Below are positions 29,701 to 38,825 of a DNA stretch of 64,000 nt, piece after piece. A program made the position numbers and the translations under genes. The notes under the pieces were generated by a model. The model saw nothing but the letters and a program-made list of their open reading frames with translations. It searched no databases and was not told the DNA's origin. The stretch is from contig JBBDJQ010000002.1 in NCBI GenBank assembly GCA_040879765.1, positions 5 to 64,004 of the forward strand. Direction: 5' to 3'. Source of the stretch: Candidatus Pacearchaeota archaeon (GTDB lineage: Archaea; Nanobdellota; Nanobdellia; Pacearchaeales; GW2011-AR1). Positions within the stretch are counted from its first letter, which is position 1. Every line of letters begins with the position of its first letter.

Positions 29701-30196
29701 GAAAGGAGGAGATTTTGTAATTATAACTCTTGGAACCAACTTAAAAAAAGTTCTTGAGATGAAAGAAGTCAATGGGAACAAAATTTTGTCCAATGATTTC
29801 CACGAAGTTGCAGAAGTCTTTGGGATTGAAGCTGCAAGGCAATTAATAATTGATGAAATTGAAAAAGTTCTTAACACACAGGGATTAGATATTAATAGAA
29901 GGCACATAGAGTTGGTTTCAGACGCCATAAGTAATACTGGAGAAATAAAAGGAATTACAAGAATGGGAATAATTTCTCAAAAGGCTTCTGTTTTAGCGAG
30001 GGCAACTTTTGAAACTCCAGTAAAGCAATTCGTTAACGCTTCGATAAAAGGAAGCAAGGACAATTTATCTAGCGTTATTGAAAACATAATCTTGAATCAA
30101 CCAGTTCCTGTAGGGACAGGACTACCTGGATTGGCAGTCAAGATAACTGGAGAGTTAGTTAAGAAAGGCGAAAAGAAAATTTCTTCTAAAAAATAA
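26729..30196 (+). CDS. rpoA: RNA polymerase subunit A (Rpo1), A' and A'' fused
   Basis: NADFDGD, SGYLYRRL, then PGEAIG..AQSFGEPSTQM and A'' C-terminal motifs in one frame. Confidence 0.96.
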   Translation: MQSHHVRKKVGEITFALLNPEQIKKISSAKIVTPELYDIDGYPVDGGLMDLRLGAIDPGVRCRTCGGRLKECLGHPGRIELARPIMHLKYIPLIEMGLRSFCNDCGKLMLADKDLEKYGPSERVKKAKDSKKCPHCNVANEKIKLDKPTTFYIGKKRLFPTKIRELVSNIPDDELRKAGINPETCRLEWAILTLLLVPSVTIRPSIILESGERSEDDLTHKLSDIIRANQRLWENLNAGAPEVIIEDLWDLLQYHVTTFFDNTVTRIPPARHRSGQPLKTITERIKGKEGRIRKNLAGKRVNYSARTVISPDPSIKINEVGVPYEIAKIVTVAETVNDLNMDKLKDIINQGENYPGANYVIRPDGKRKKISEDLKEEIIEELVPGYKVERHLQDGDIVLFNRHPSLHKGSLMAHYVRVLPGRTFRLHSAVTFPYNADFDGDEMNIHSPQTEEARAEAKVLLDVKNNLISPKNNTNFLGFDEDAITGNYLLGKREFSREDANQLLYKSGIDKEISKKIISGKELFSEIIPKINFTNKSLTIKDGEIKSGNIDKTIFGEENGELIKELDRVLGRDETINKIEKVFNLGVNYLSESGITVSIQDLNLNSNALNESENIIKKAEKKTEEIIKTYEEEDFEVIPGKTKDESRETKILQVLNEVRTKIGEMVKQEFHEDSPVNHMIISGGGGNILNITQIACCVGQQALWGKRIEIGYNKRTLSFFKKGELSPASRGFIHSSFIKGLRPDEFFFGAITGRDSLMDTALRTPKSGYLYRRLANAIQDLRREYDGTIRDSNNNVIQFKYGYDDLDVSTLHLNKTMDPGEAIGIITAQSFGEPSTQMALNVFHFAGVQEMQITAGLPRLIEIFDARRKPSSPKMEIYLNKEFNNEKDAKILAEKIKEVMVKEILSEINIDFNDKKIEIKIDKKALRSVHISTKKIVDTLSDKGFKAKEKGDSVVISSSESTFKELYALKEKIKEIIISGVKGIKQVMVLKKGGDFVIITLGTNLKKVLEMKEVNGNKILSNDFHEVAEVFGIEAARQLIIDEIEKVLNTQGLDINRRHIELVSDAISNTGEIKGITRMGIISQKASVLARATFETPVKQFVNASIKGSKDNLSSVIENIILNQPVPVGTGLPGLAVKITGELVKKGEKKISSKK

Positions 30197-30241
30197 AACA
30201 ACAGAAAATTTATAAACACGTTCTTATACGAATATTAAAAG

Positions 30242-30667
30242 ATGGTAAAAGTTATTGATATGCAAGAGATGAGATATCTTAATCTTTTTGGAAAGGTTAC
30301 CCAAGTAAGCACAAGATTCTGTTTCAAATATAATGGAGCAATAATTTTTTGTGTTCCTAAGAAAGCAGTTTCTAAAGCAATTGGAGAAAATGGAAAAAAT
30401 ATAAAAAGGATAAGCGAAATAATTGGAAAGAGAGTCAAGGTTATTCCCATTCCTGTTGAGGAAGAAGAGGTAGAAAAAACTAAAAAATTAATAGAAGATA
30501 TTGTTTCTCCAGTTAAATTCAAAGATTTAGGTTTTAATGAGGATGAAATAATTCTAACTGCTGGTAGCCAAAACAAAGCAGTTTTAATCGGAAGAAACAA
30601 ACAAAGGCTTCACGAGCTGCAAAAAATTTCACAGGATTATTTTGGAAAGCAATTAAGGATTGTTTAA
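30242..30667 (+). CDS. nusA: Archaeal NusA (KH domains)
   Basis: KAIGENGKNIK and LIGRNK KH loops; position after rpoA. Confidence 0.88.
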   Translation: MVKVIDMQEMRYLNLFGKVTQVSTRFCFKYNGAIIFCVPKKAVSKAIGENGKNIKRISEIIGKRVKVIPIPVEEEEVEKTKKLIEDIVSPVKFKDLGFNEDEIILTAGSQNKAVLIGRNKQRLHELQKISQDYFGKQLRIV

Positions 30668-30767
30668 ATAAGCTTTATGAATTTCTTTCCGTATGGAAAG
30701 ATAACAAAAGATATAAAAAAGGAAATTTCGTGTGAAATTTAAATAATTGGTTGAAAGGAGGTTTATA

Positions 30768-31499
30768 ATGAGCGATAATACAATAACAATAAAGAAAGAC
30801 GATTTATGGAAATATTCTACTTTTGCATTAATAGCAATTGTTCTTATAGCAAGTATTTTTGTTTTCACAGGAAACACAACTGGCAACACAGTTCAAGAGC
30901 CCTCAAATCAACAGCCTGGAAAAGTGAGCGCAAGTGTTGATGATGACCCCGTTCTTGGAGATCCAAATGCCCCTATAACAATTATAGAGTTTAGTGATTA
31001 TCAATGTCCATTCTGTGGAAAATTTTGGTCTGATACTTTGCCATCTATAAAATCGGAATATATTGATACTGGAAAAGTTAATTTGGTCTATAGAGATTTT
31101 CCTTTAATAAGCATACATCCATTAGCTCAAGTTGCTGGTGAAGCTGTTGAGTGTGTGAGGGATGCTGCTGGAGGAAGTGATGAAGTTTACTTCAAATACC
31201 ATGATAAAATTTTCTCAAGTCAAAGTTCCCTGAGTACTGCAAATCTAAATATATGGGCCCAAGACATGGGTTATGACATTTCAGATTGTTTAAATTCTGG
31301 AAAATTTACAAGTGAAGTTGTGAAAGATACTGCAGATGCACAAGCAGCTGGAGGTAGAGGAACTCCATTCTTTGTAATTGGAGATTCTGCAATAAGTGGA
31401 GCATGTCCATTTAGTACATTTAGTCAGGCTTTAGAGGCAGAAGCAGCTGGAGAGAATTGGTATCAAGCACCAAATACTTGTCAGATATTAGTTAATTAA
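30768..31499 (+). CDS. DsbA/BdbD-family membrane-anchored thiol-disulfide oxidoreductase
   Basis: FSDYQCPFC, YRDFPL, GTP; AGGAGGT SD. Confidence 0.9.
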   Translation: MSDNTITIKKDDLWKYSTFALIAIVLIASIFVFTGNTTGNTVQEPSNQQPGKVSASVDDDPVLGDPNAPITIIEFSDYQCPFCGKFWSDTLPSIKSEYIDTGKVNLVYRDFPLISIHPLAQVAGEAVECVRDAAGGSDEVYFKYHDKIFSSQSSLSTANLNIWAQDMGYDISDCLNSGKFTSEVVKDTADAQAAGGRGTPFFVIGDSAISGACPFSTFSQALEAEAAGENWYQAPNTCQILVN

Positions 31500-31507
31500 T
31501 TTATTTT

Positions 31508-32215
31508 TTAGTTATACTTTTCAAAGAAGATTCTTTCTTCTTTGATACTTTTTTCTTTTAATTTTTTAGAAACAGATTTAATCATTTCTTCTAAACCGCA
31601 AAGGTAAAAATCTCCTGAAAAATTTCTTGGGGAAATTTTAAATATAAAATTTTGAACTCTCCCTTTTCTTTCAAAGTTTTTTGATTTTGGTCTGCTAAAA
31701 ATATTAAAAAATTCAAAATTTTTAAATTTTTTACTTAAGGCTAAAAATTCCCTATCATAAAGATTTCTTCCTTCATTTCTAAATCCTTTGATTAAAATTA
31801 TTTTATTTTTAAAATTTTGATTAATTAATAAATCTGGAATCATGCTCTTGAAAGCAGAGATTCCAGTTCCTGTTGAAATAAAAATTAAATCTTTTTTCTT
31901 TGATTTTTCATCTACTATAAATTTTCCAGCAGGACCAAATAATTCTATTTTGTCTCCTTTTTTTAATTTCTTAAGAAAACTTGAACCTTCTCCTCCTTGA
32001 ACTAATTTTATGCAAAAGGACCCAAGATTCTCTCCAGGAATGGAAGAAATAGAATAAGGTTTCCTTATTTTTTTTCCATTTATTATCATACTTAGAGAGA
32101 GATATTGTCCCGCCTTAAACTTAAAATCTTTAGGTAAGGAGAACCTAAGTTCTATAACAGTTTTGTTTAACTTTTTTACCCCTAAAAGTTTTGATTCAAA
32201 TATTTTTATCAGCAT
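31508..32215 (-). CDS. Ferredoxin-NADP reductase-like FAD/NAD(P)H oxidoreductase
   Basis: FKAGQY, RKPYSIS, GEGS, GTGIS, YLCG, FEKY. Confidence 0.88.
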   Translation of the reverse strand: MLIKIFESKLLGVKKLNKTVIELRFSLPKDFKFKAGQYLSLSMIINGKKIRKPYSISSIPGENLGSFCIKLVQGGEGSSFLKKLKKGDKIELFGPAGKFIVDEKSKKKDLIFISTGTGISAFKSMIPDLLINQNFKNKIILIKGFRNEGRNLYDREFLALSKKFKNFEFFNIFSRPKSKNFERKGRVQNFIFKISPRNFSGDFYLCGLEEMIKSVSKKLKEKSIKEERIFFEKYN

Positions 32216-32933
32216 TTTGTAGATTATATCCTTTTTCTTCAATTTCTTCGATTAATTTTTTATCTCCCGATCTTACAATCTTTCCATCTTCCATTAAGAA
32301 AATTTTTTCAGGTTCTAGATAATCAAGTATTTTCTTGTAATGGGTTATTATTAATATAGTTTTCCCTTCTTGCTTGAGTTTGTTTAAAATGCTTGAAACT
32401 TTCTTCAAAGAATCTATATCTAATCCAGAATCTATTTCATCTAAGATAACTACGCTTGGATTTAATACAAGCATTTGAAGAATCTCTAATTTCTTTTTTT
32501 CTCCTCCTGAAAAATTTTCATTTACGTTTCTTCTCAAAAATTCTTGGCCTAATCCTATTTCATTTAAATTTGATTCAAGTAAATTTTGAAATTCTAAAAA
32601 AGATAGCTTTTGTTTATTTGTTGAATTATATGCCATTTTGAGAAAATTAGAAATTCCTACTCCCGGAATTTCAGTAGGATTTTGCTGAGAAACAAAAATT
32701 CCTTTTTTTGATCTTTCATCAATGCTCATGAGATTTATCTTTTTTCCAAAGACTAAAATTTCCCCAGACTCTATTTCATATTTTGGATTTCCCATAATGG
32801 CTTGAGCAAAGGTTGATTTACCAGAACCATTTTTCCCCATAAGAGCATAAATTCCTTTTCCAAGATTCAAATTTATTCCTTGGAGAATTGTCTTTCCTTT
32901 TGAAGAAACTTTTAGATTTTTTATTTCAATCAT
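32196..32933 (-). CDS. sufC: Fe-S assembly ATPase SufC
   Basis: GKNGSGKST, NENFSGGEKK, LDEIDSGLDID, ITHY. Confidence 0.95.
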   Translation of the reverse strand: MIEIKNLKVSSKGKTILQGINLNLGKGIYALMGKNGSGKSTFAQAIMGNPKYEIESGEILVFGKKINLMSIDERSKKGIFVSQQNPTEIPGVGISNFLKMAYNSTNKQKLSFLEFQNLLESNLNEIGLGQEFLRRNVNENFSGGEKKKLEILQMLVLNPSVVILDEIDSGLDIDSLKKVSSILNKLKQEGKTILIITHYKKILDYLEPEKIFLMEDGKIVRSGDKKLIEEIEEKGYNLQNADKNI

Positions 32934-33307
32934 TTTACAGAATTTCTTAAAGCCTCTAGAGAGAGGAGCATGCATTTGAGTCTGCCAGGATTTACTTTGA
33001 CTTTCAAAATCTCAAACATGTCTTCTTTATTTAATTTTTTTAAATCTTCAATGTTCATTCCTTTAATTTTTTCCATGAGGAGGGATGCTGAAACTATTGA
33101 AATCACACATCCACTTCCAGAAAACTTTGCTTCTTCCACCATATTTTTTGAAACTTTGATTTGCACTTTTATTTCATCTCCACAAATTGAATTATAAGAT
33201 TTATGCTGATTTGTAAAATCTTTTAGTTCCCCAAAACCCGAAGGATTTCTATATAAATCTAAGATATGTTCTCTATAAATCTCTGGGAAATCATTGTGGT
33301 CTTTCAT
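32930..33307 (-). CDS. sufU: SufU/IscU-type scaffold or sulfur-transfer protein
   Basis: CGD, GCVIS, RLKC. Confidence 0.9.
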   Translation of the reverse strand: MKDHNDFPEIYREHILDLYRNPSGFGELKDFTNQHKSYNSICGDEIKVQIKVSKNMVEEAKFSGSGCVISIVSASLLMEKIKGMNIEDLKKLNKEDMFEILKVKVNPGRLKCMLLSLEALRNSVK

Positions 33308-34536
33308 TTTTTATTAAAAATCTTATTTATTTTATTTAAAACATTCACTAATTTATCAATATCTTCCAGAGTTGTATAAACTGAAAAACTAATCCTCACA
33401 GTTCCTCCAGAATTCATGTTTAATGATCTCATAAGAGGCATGGCGCAATGATGTCCTGCTCTAACTGCGATACCTTCCCTATTTAGAAGTTCTGAAATAT
33501 CATGGGGATGAATTCCATTTAGATTAAAAGAGACTATTCCTGAGCTAAGATTAGAATCTGGGGCATAAATCTTTACTCCTTGAATTTTCCTCAATTTTTT
33601 AATAGAATATTTTGCTAATTTGTTTTCCCATTCTAAGACATTTTTCATACCAATTTTATTGAGATAATTGACTGCTTCAGATAGTCCTATTGCGCCAGCA
33701 ATATTTTGGGTTCCAGCTTCAAACCTTTCAGGTGCATCTTGGAAAAGAGATTTTTCTAAAAAGACATTTTTAATCATTCCCCCTCCAAAATTAAAAGGAG
33801 GGAGTTTTTCAAGTAAATTTTGTTTCCCATACAAAACCCCAATCCCATTGGGACCGAGCATTTTATGACTTGAGAATACTGCAAAATCACAACCTATTTT
33901 CTTAAAATCAACAGGAATATGTGGGACACTTTGTGCTGCATCAATCATTGTAATTGCTTTGTATTTTTTTCCCAACTTAACTAATTTATTTACTGGATTA
34001 ATGGTTCCAAGAACATTTGATATGTGAGTAAAAGCAAAAATTGCAGTTTTTGAATTTATTTTTCTTTTTGCATCTTCTAAGTCTAATATTAAATTAGATT
34101 TTACCTTAACAAATTTTAATTTCATCTTTTCTCTTTTGGCTAATTCCTGCCAAGGAACCAAGTTGCTATGGTGTTCCATTTCCGTTAAAAGGATTTCATT
34201 TTTTCCTCTAGGAATTATTTCTTTTAATGTATAAGACAATAGATTAATAGATTCTGTTGCATTTTTTGTAAAAACAATTTCTTTTTCTTTTACGTTTATG
34301 AAATCTGCTACATTTTTTCTAGCTTTTTCATATTTTTCCATTGCCTTTTCTGCCAAAGTATACAATCCTCTAGAAACATTGGCATTCTCTTTTTCTATAA
34401 ACTCATTAAACACTTTTATGACTTGTTTTGGTTTTTGTGAAGTTGCAGAGCTATCTAAATAAACCAGTTTGGGATTATTTTTAAAAACAGGAAAATCTTT
34501 TCGCAGTTTCTTTGCTATTTTATTGTCCATTTTCAT
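33304..34536 (-). CDS. sufS: Cysteine desulfurase SufS
   Basis: YLDSSATSQKP, EHHSN, SSHKMLGP, RAGHHCA. Confidence 0.95.
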   Translation of the reverse strand: MKMDNKIAKKLRKDFPVFKNNPKLVYLDSSATSQKPKQVIKVFNEFIEKENANVSRGLYTLAEKAMEKYEKARKNVADFINVKEKEIVFTKNATESINLLSYTLKEIIPRGKNEILLTEMEHHSNLVPWQELAKREKMKLKFVKVKSNLILDLEDAKRKINSKTAIFAFTHISNVLGTINPVNKLVKLGKKYKAITMIDAAQSVPHIPVDFKKIGCDFAVFSSHKMLGPNGIGVLYGKQNLLEKLPPFNFGGGMIKNVFLEKSLFQDAPERFEAGTQNIAGAIGLSEAVNYLNKIGMKNVLEWENKLAKYSIKKLRKIQGVKIYAPDSNLSSGIVSFNLNGIHPHDISELLNREGIAVRAGHHCAMPLMRSLNMNSGGTVRISFSVYTTLEDIDKLVNVLNKINKIFNKK

Positions 34537-35936
34537 ACTACTGAATTTTCTATTTCTAATTCTATCAATCTATTTAATTCAACTGCATATTCCAAAGGTA
34601 ATTCTTTCACTATTGGATTTATGAAGCCAGAAACAATTAATTTTATTGATTCTTTTTCGCTCAATCCGCGAGACATGAGATAGAAGAGTTGTTCTTCTTG
34701 AATTTTTCCAACAGCGGCTTCATGAGAAACTTCTACTTCACTTTCTTCAATTTCCATGCTCGGAATTGTAAATGCTTTGCTTTTATTATCAATCATCAAT
34801 CCATCGCACCTAACATTTGATTTTGCATTTTTACAACCCCTTTTTATATTTACCAAACCCCTATAAGAACTTATTCCTCCCGAGACTGAGATTCCTTTAC
34901 TTATGACATGGGAAGAAGTGTTTTCAGCAAGATGGTAAACCTTACAACCGGTATCTTGATATTGTCCTTCGGAAGCATATGCTATCCCTAAGTAATCTGT
35001 TTTGGAATTTTTCCCAATTAAAATAGAGCAAGGATAGAGCATCGTAATTTTTGATCCAAGATTTCCATTTACCCATTCTATTATTCCATTTTCATGAACC
35101 ACTGCACGTTTTGTGTTTAAGTTGTAAGTATTTTTGCTCCAATTTTCAATACTTGAATATCTCACTTTGGCATTTTTTAAGACATGGATTTCTACACAGC
35201 CGGCATGCATGCTTATTTCAGAGTAAAGTGGAGCTGAGCATCCCTCAATATAGTGAATTTCTGAACCCTCATCTGCGATTATTAATGTGTGTTCAAATTG
35301 TCCTCCTTGTTTTGCATTCATTCTAAAATAGGCTTGTAATGGTAAATCTACTTTGACATTTTTTGGAACATAAATGAAAGTTCCGCCAGACCAAACTGCA
35401 GCATGCAAGGCAGAAAATTTATGAAGAGCAGGAGTTACACAATTTGTCATAAAATATTTCTTTACTAATTTAGGATGTTCTTTCAAAGCTATATCCATAT
35501 CTAGAAAGATTACTCCTTTTTTCTCTAAGTCTTTTCTTAAATTATGATAGACAACCTCTGATTCATATTGCGCGCCAACCCCTGCAAGAGATTCTCTTTC
35601 GGCTTTTGGGATTCCTAGCTTTTCATATGTTTCTCTAATTTCTTTTGGAACTTCTTTCCACGATTTAGAATTCTTTTCCGCATTTGGTTTTATATAAAAA
35701 GAAATTTCATTCAAATCTAATCCTTCAAGACTTGGACCCCAGTTTGGCATTGGTTTTTTTTCAAATATTTTCAAAGCCTTCAGTCTTTTATTGAGCATCC
35801 ATTCTGATTCGTTTTTATCTTTAGAAATTCCTCTAATTATGGATTCATTCAATCCGGGAATAGATCTGAATTTTAAATCTTCAGGGTTTTTATGATTAAA
35901 GGTTTCCTTATTTAGTTCTACTTTTTGTTCTTGCAT
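34533..35936 (-). CDS. sufB: Fe-S assembly protein SufB
   Basis: GAQYESE, GQFEHTLI, YIEGCSAP, RCD, SHEA, PLEYAVE. Confidence 0.95.
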   Translation of the reverse strand: MQEQKVELNKETFNHKNPEDLKFRSIPGLNESIIRGISKDKNESEWMLNKRLKALKIFEKKPMPNWGPSLEGLDLNEISFYIKPNAEKNSKSWKEVPKEIRETYEKLGIPKAERESLAGVGAQYESEVVYHNLRKDLEKKGVIFLDMDIALKEHPKLVKKYFMTNCVTPALHKFSALHAAVWSGGTFIYVPKNVKVDLPLQAYFRMNAKQGGQFEHTLIIADEGSEIHYIEGCSAPLYSEISMHAGCVEIHVLKNAKVRYSSIENWSKNTYNLNTKRAVVHENGIIEWVNGNLGSKITMLYPCSILIGKNSKTDYLGIAYASEGQYQDTGCKVYHLAENTSSHVISKGISVSGGISSYRGLVNIKRGCKNAKSNVRCDGLMIDNKSKAFTIPSMEIEESEVEVSHEAAVGKIQEEQLFYLMSRGLSEKESIKLIVSGFINPIVKELPLEYAVELNRLIELEIENSVV

Positions 35937-36051
35937 AAGAAAATTAGAAAGATTAAGGTTTTAAAATTAACTATTGTTAAGTTTTTTAAAGGTTTTTGCT
36001 TCAAGAAAACTCTTAAATATGTCTTATTCGTTTTTCATTAAAAGGTGTTAA

Positions 36052-36870
36052 ATGAAAATATTTATTGATTCGGCAGATTTAGATGAAATAAAGGAAGCAA
36101 AAGATTTAGGTTTGCTTGATGGTGTGACAACAAACCCCAGCTTAATAAAAAAAGCATTTGAAAAAAGAAAGGAAAAAGGTTTTGAAATTGAAGACTATAT
36201 TTGCGAGATTCTCAAAGTTTGTAAAGGAAAACCTGTAAGTTTAGAAGTTGTAGGAAAAACCTATGATGAAATGATTTCTGAAGGGAGAAATTTATTTAAA
36301 AAATTCAATAAAATTTCAAAAAATGTTTATGTTAAAATTCCTGTGAATCCTTGTTTAGAAGATAAATGCTCTAGGAGTTCTGATGGAATAAAAGCAATTA
36401 AAGAATTATCAAAAAATAAAATCCCTGTAAATTGTACATTGGTTTTCACTCCAGAGCAAGCCCTTTTAGCTGCGAAAGCAGGAGCAAAAATAGTTAGTCC
36501 ATTTACTGGCAGAGAAGATGATTATCTTAGAGAGGTCAATAGGATAAAGTTTGAAAAAGAAGATTATTTTCCAAAAAAAGGATTTAAGAATAAAAATAAA
36601 ATTTTAGAAGATAATGGAATTGTTTCTGGTGTGCATTTAGTTGAAGAGTGTGTTAAGATTCTAAAGGCTTCAAAATTAAAAACAGAAGTTCTTGCAGCAA
36701 GTATAAGAAATCTGAAACAATTTCGGGAAGTTGGCATGGCTGGTGCAGATATAGCAACCATCCCAATCATAATTATAAGAAGTTTATTAATTCATGAAAA
36801 AACTTCTGAAGGGATGAGAAATTTTACAAAAGATGTTATTCCAGAATATAAAAAGGTGGTAAAAAAATAA
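36052..36870 (+). CDS. tal: Transaldolase (TalC/MipB type)
   Basis: GVTTNPSL, SLEV, VKIP, NCTLVF, SPFTGR (Glu/Phe pattern of TAL rather than FSA). Confidence 0.88.
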   Translation: MKIFIDSADLDEIKEAKDLGLLDGVTTNPSLIKKAFEKRKEKGFEIEDYICEILKVCKGKPVSLEVVGKTYDEMISEGRNLFKKFNKISKNVYVKIPVNPCLEDKCSRSSDGIKAIKELSKNKIPVNCTLVFTPEQALLAAKAGAKIVSPFTGREDDYLREVNRIKFEKEDYFPKKGFKNKNKILEDNGIVSGVHLVEECVKILKASKLKTEVLAASIRNLKQFREVGMAGADIATIPIIIIRSLLIHEKTSEGMRNFTKDVIPEYKKVVKK

Positions 36871-36878
36871 TAGTAAAA

Positions 36879-37772
36879 ATGAAATTTGATGTTGTATGTT
36901 TTGGGAGTGCAATGATTGATGCCTTCATGGAAACAAATACTCTTGAAGAAAAAGGACATTTAATGATTCCTTATGGCTGCAAGCAATTGCTTAAAAGTCT
37001 TAGTTTTGAAGTTGGAGGAGGAGGAACAAATACTTCTGTTGCATTTTCAAGACTTGGTTTAAAAACAGGATATATAGGAAAGATAGGAAACGATCAAAAT
37101 GGAAAATCTATAGAAGAAATTCTTAAAAAAGAAAATATTAGCTTCATTGGAAAAAAGATAAATGGCAAGACAAGTGGTTTTTCTGCAGTTCTAATAAGCA
37201 AGAATCATTATAGGTCCATACTTGCTTACAAAGGAATCAATGATGAAATTTCTAAAAAAGATTTGATAAATTTTGAAACAAAATGGCTTTATCTTTCTTC
37301 TATGATGGGTAAAAGCCTTAAAACCCAAATTGAATTAGCTAGTATATTAAAAAAAACTGGCACAAAGATTGTATTTAATCCTAGTGAATATCTTATAAAA
37401 TCAAGTAATTTAAATAAGATTATTGGGCTTTCTGATGTTTTGATTTTAAACAAGGAAGAGGCAGGATTTTTAACAGAGAGAAAAAATAAACTTAGGGCAA
37501 TTTCAGACATGGGCCCTAAAACAGTAGTCATAACTGATGCAGAAAAAACTGTGTATTGTTATAGTGATGGAAAATTTTATTCAAGAAAACCAAGAAAGAT
37601 AAGAGTCGTTGATAGAACAGGAGCAGGAGATGCATTTTCTGCAGGTTTTATTGCAGGACTTATAAAAGAAAAGTCGATTGACTTTTGTATGAAACTAGGG
37701 ATAAAAGAAGCCAAGGGAGTAATAAAAAACGTGGGTGCAAAAAATGGCCTAATAAGGATGAAGTTAAAATGA
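36879..37772 (+). CDS. PfkB/ribokinase-family sugar kinase
   Basis: GGGGTN, NKEE, DRTGAGDAF. Confidence 0.9.
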   Translation: MKFDVVCFGSAMIDAFMETNTLEEKGHLMIPYGCKQLLKSLSFEVGGGGTNTSVAFSRLGLKTGYIGKIGNDQNGKSIEEILKKENISFIGKKINGKTSGFSAVLISKNHYRSILAYKGINDEISKKDLINFETKWLYLSSMMGKSLKTQIELASILKKTGTKIVFNPSEYLIKSSNLNKIIGLSDVLILNKEEAGFLTERKNKLRAISDMGPKTVVITDAEKTVYCYSDGKFYSRKPRKIRVVDRTGAGDAFSAGFIAGLIKEKSIDFCMKLGIKEAKGVIKNVGAKNGLIRMKLK

Positions 37773-38527
37773 AAATAAGATTAAACAAGATAATGAAAAA
37801 TGGCAAGGCATTATATTTGGCCTATGATCAGGGGATTGAGCATGGGCCTGAAAGCGACTTCAATGACAAATCTGTAGACCCAAAGGAGATTATAAAGATA
37901 GCAGAAAAAGGAAAATTTCAGGGTGTTGTACTCCATAAGGGCATAGCTGAAAAATATAAGGATGAAATAAAAAAATCAAAGGTTCCTCTAATATTGAAGC
38001 TTAATGGAAAAACAAAACTTTACAAAGGAGATCCTTATTCTCCTCCTCTTGGGACTGTAGAAGAAGCTGTAAATCTTGGAGCCTCTGCTGTAGGCTACAC
38101 AATATATCCTGGAAGCAAGTATGAGGGCAAGATGTTTAAAGAATTTGAAATAATTGAGAAGGATGCACATGCAAAAGGTCTTCCTGTTATAACATGGATT
38201 TATCCAAGGGGGGAAAATATAAAAAATGAAACTTCAAGGGAAATGATGGCTTATTCTGCCAGAATTGCGTTGGAGTTAGGTGCAGATATTGTTAAGATGA
38301 AGTACGGAGGAAATCTAAAAGATTTGAAATGGGCTGTAAGATCTGCAGGAAAAACCAAAGTGGTAATTTCAGGAGGGGTAAAAAAATCAAATAAGGAATT
38401 TCTAAAACAAGTAAGGGAAATAATGTCTTCAGGCGCCATTGGATTAGCTGTTGGAAGAAACATATGGCAAAGCAAAGATCCTCTGGATATAACCAATAAA
38501 ATAAAAAAGATAATTTTCTATAAATAA
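37769..38527 (+). CDS. fba: Class I (DhnA-type) fructose-bisphosphate aldolase
   Basis: AYDQGIEHGP, WIYPRG, GADIVKMKY, AVGRNIWQ. Confidence 0.9.
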   Translation: MKIRLNKIMKNGKALYLAYDQGIEHGPESDFNDKSVDPKEIIKIAEKGKFQGVVLHKGIAEKYKDEIKKSKVPLILKLNGKTKLYKGDPYSPPLGTVEEAVNLGASAVGYTIYPGSKYEGKMFKEFEIIEKDAHAKGLPVITWIYPRGENIKNETSREMMAYSARIALELGADIVKMKYGGNLKDLKWAVRSAGKTKVVISGGVKKSNKEFLKQVREIMSSGAIGLAVGRNIWQSKDPLDITNKIKKIIFYK

Positions 38528-38528
38528 T

Positions 38529-38825
38529 ATGAAAAAAAGAAAAAAATTAAAAGAGAAATGGGATGGAGAGCCATCATTAGTTTCCCTGTCCCTTCTCACA
38601 TTTGCAACTCTTTTTACAGGAACAATTTTTTATAGTTATGTGGAAAATTTAAATCTTATAGATGCGCTCTATTTTAGTTTTATAACGCTTACAACAATAG
38701 GTTATGGAGATATTACACCTACAGGGTCCATATCGAAAATTTTTACTATCTTCTATGTAATTATAGGACTAGGGATTATTTTTGGATTCATAAACTTAAT
38801 TGCGAAAAGAAGGAGAAGGATATGA
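38529..38825 (+). CDS. Minimal 2-TM potassium channel
   Basis: DALYF...TLTTIGYGD selectivity filter. Confidence 0.9.
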   Translation: MKKRKKLKEKWDGEPSLVSLSLLTFATLFTGTIFYSYVENLNLIDALYFSFITLTTIGYGDITPTGSISKIFTIFYVIIGLGIIFGFINLIAKRRRRI

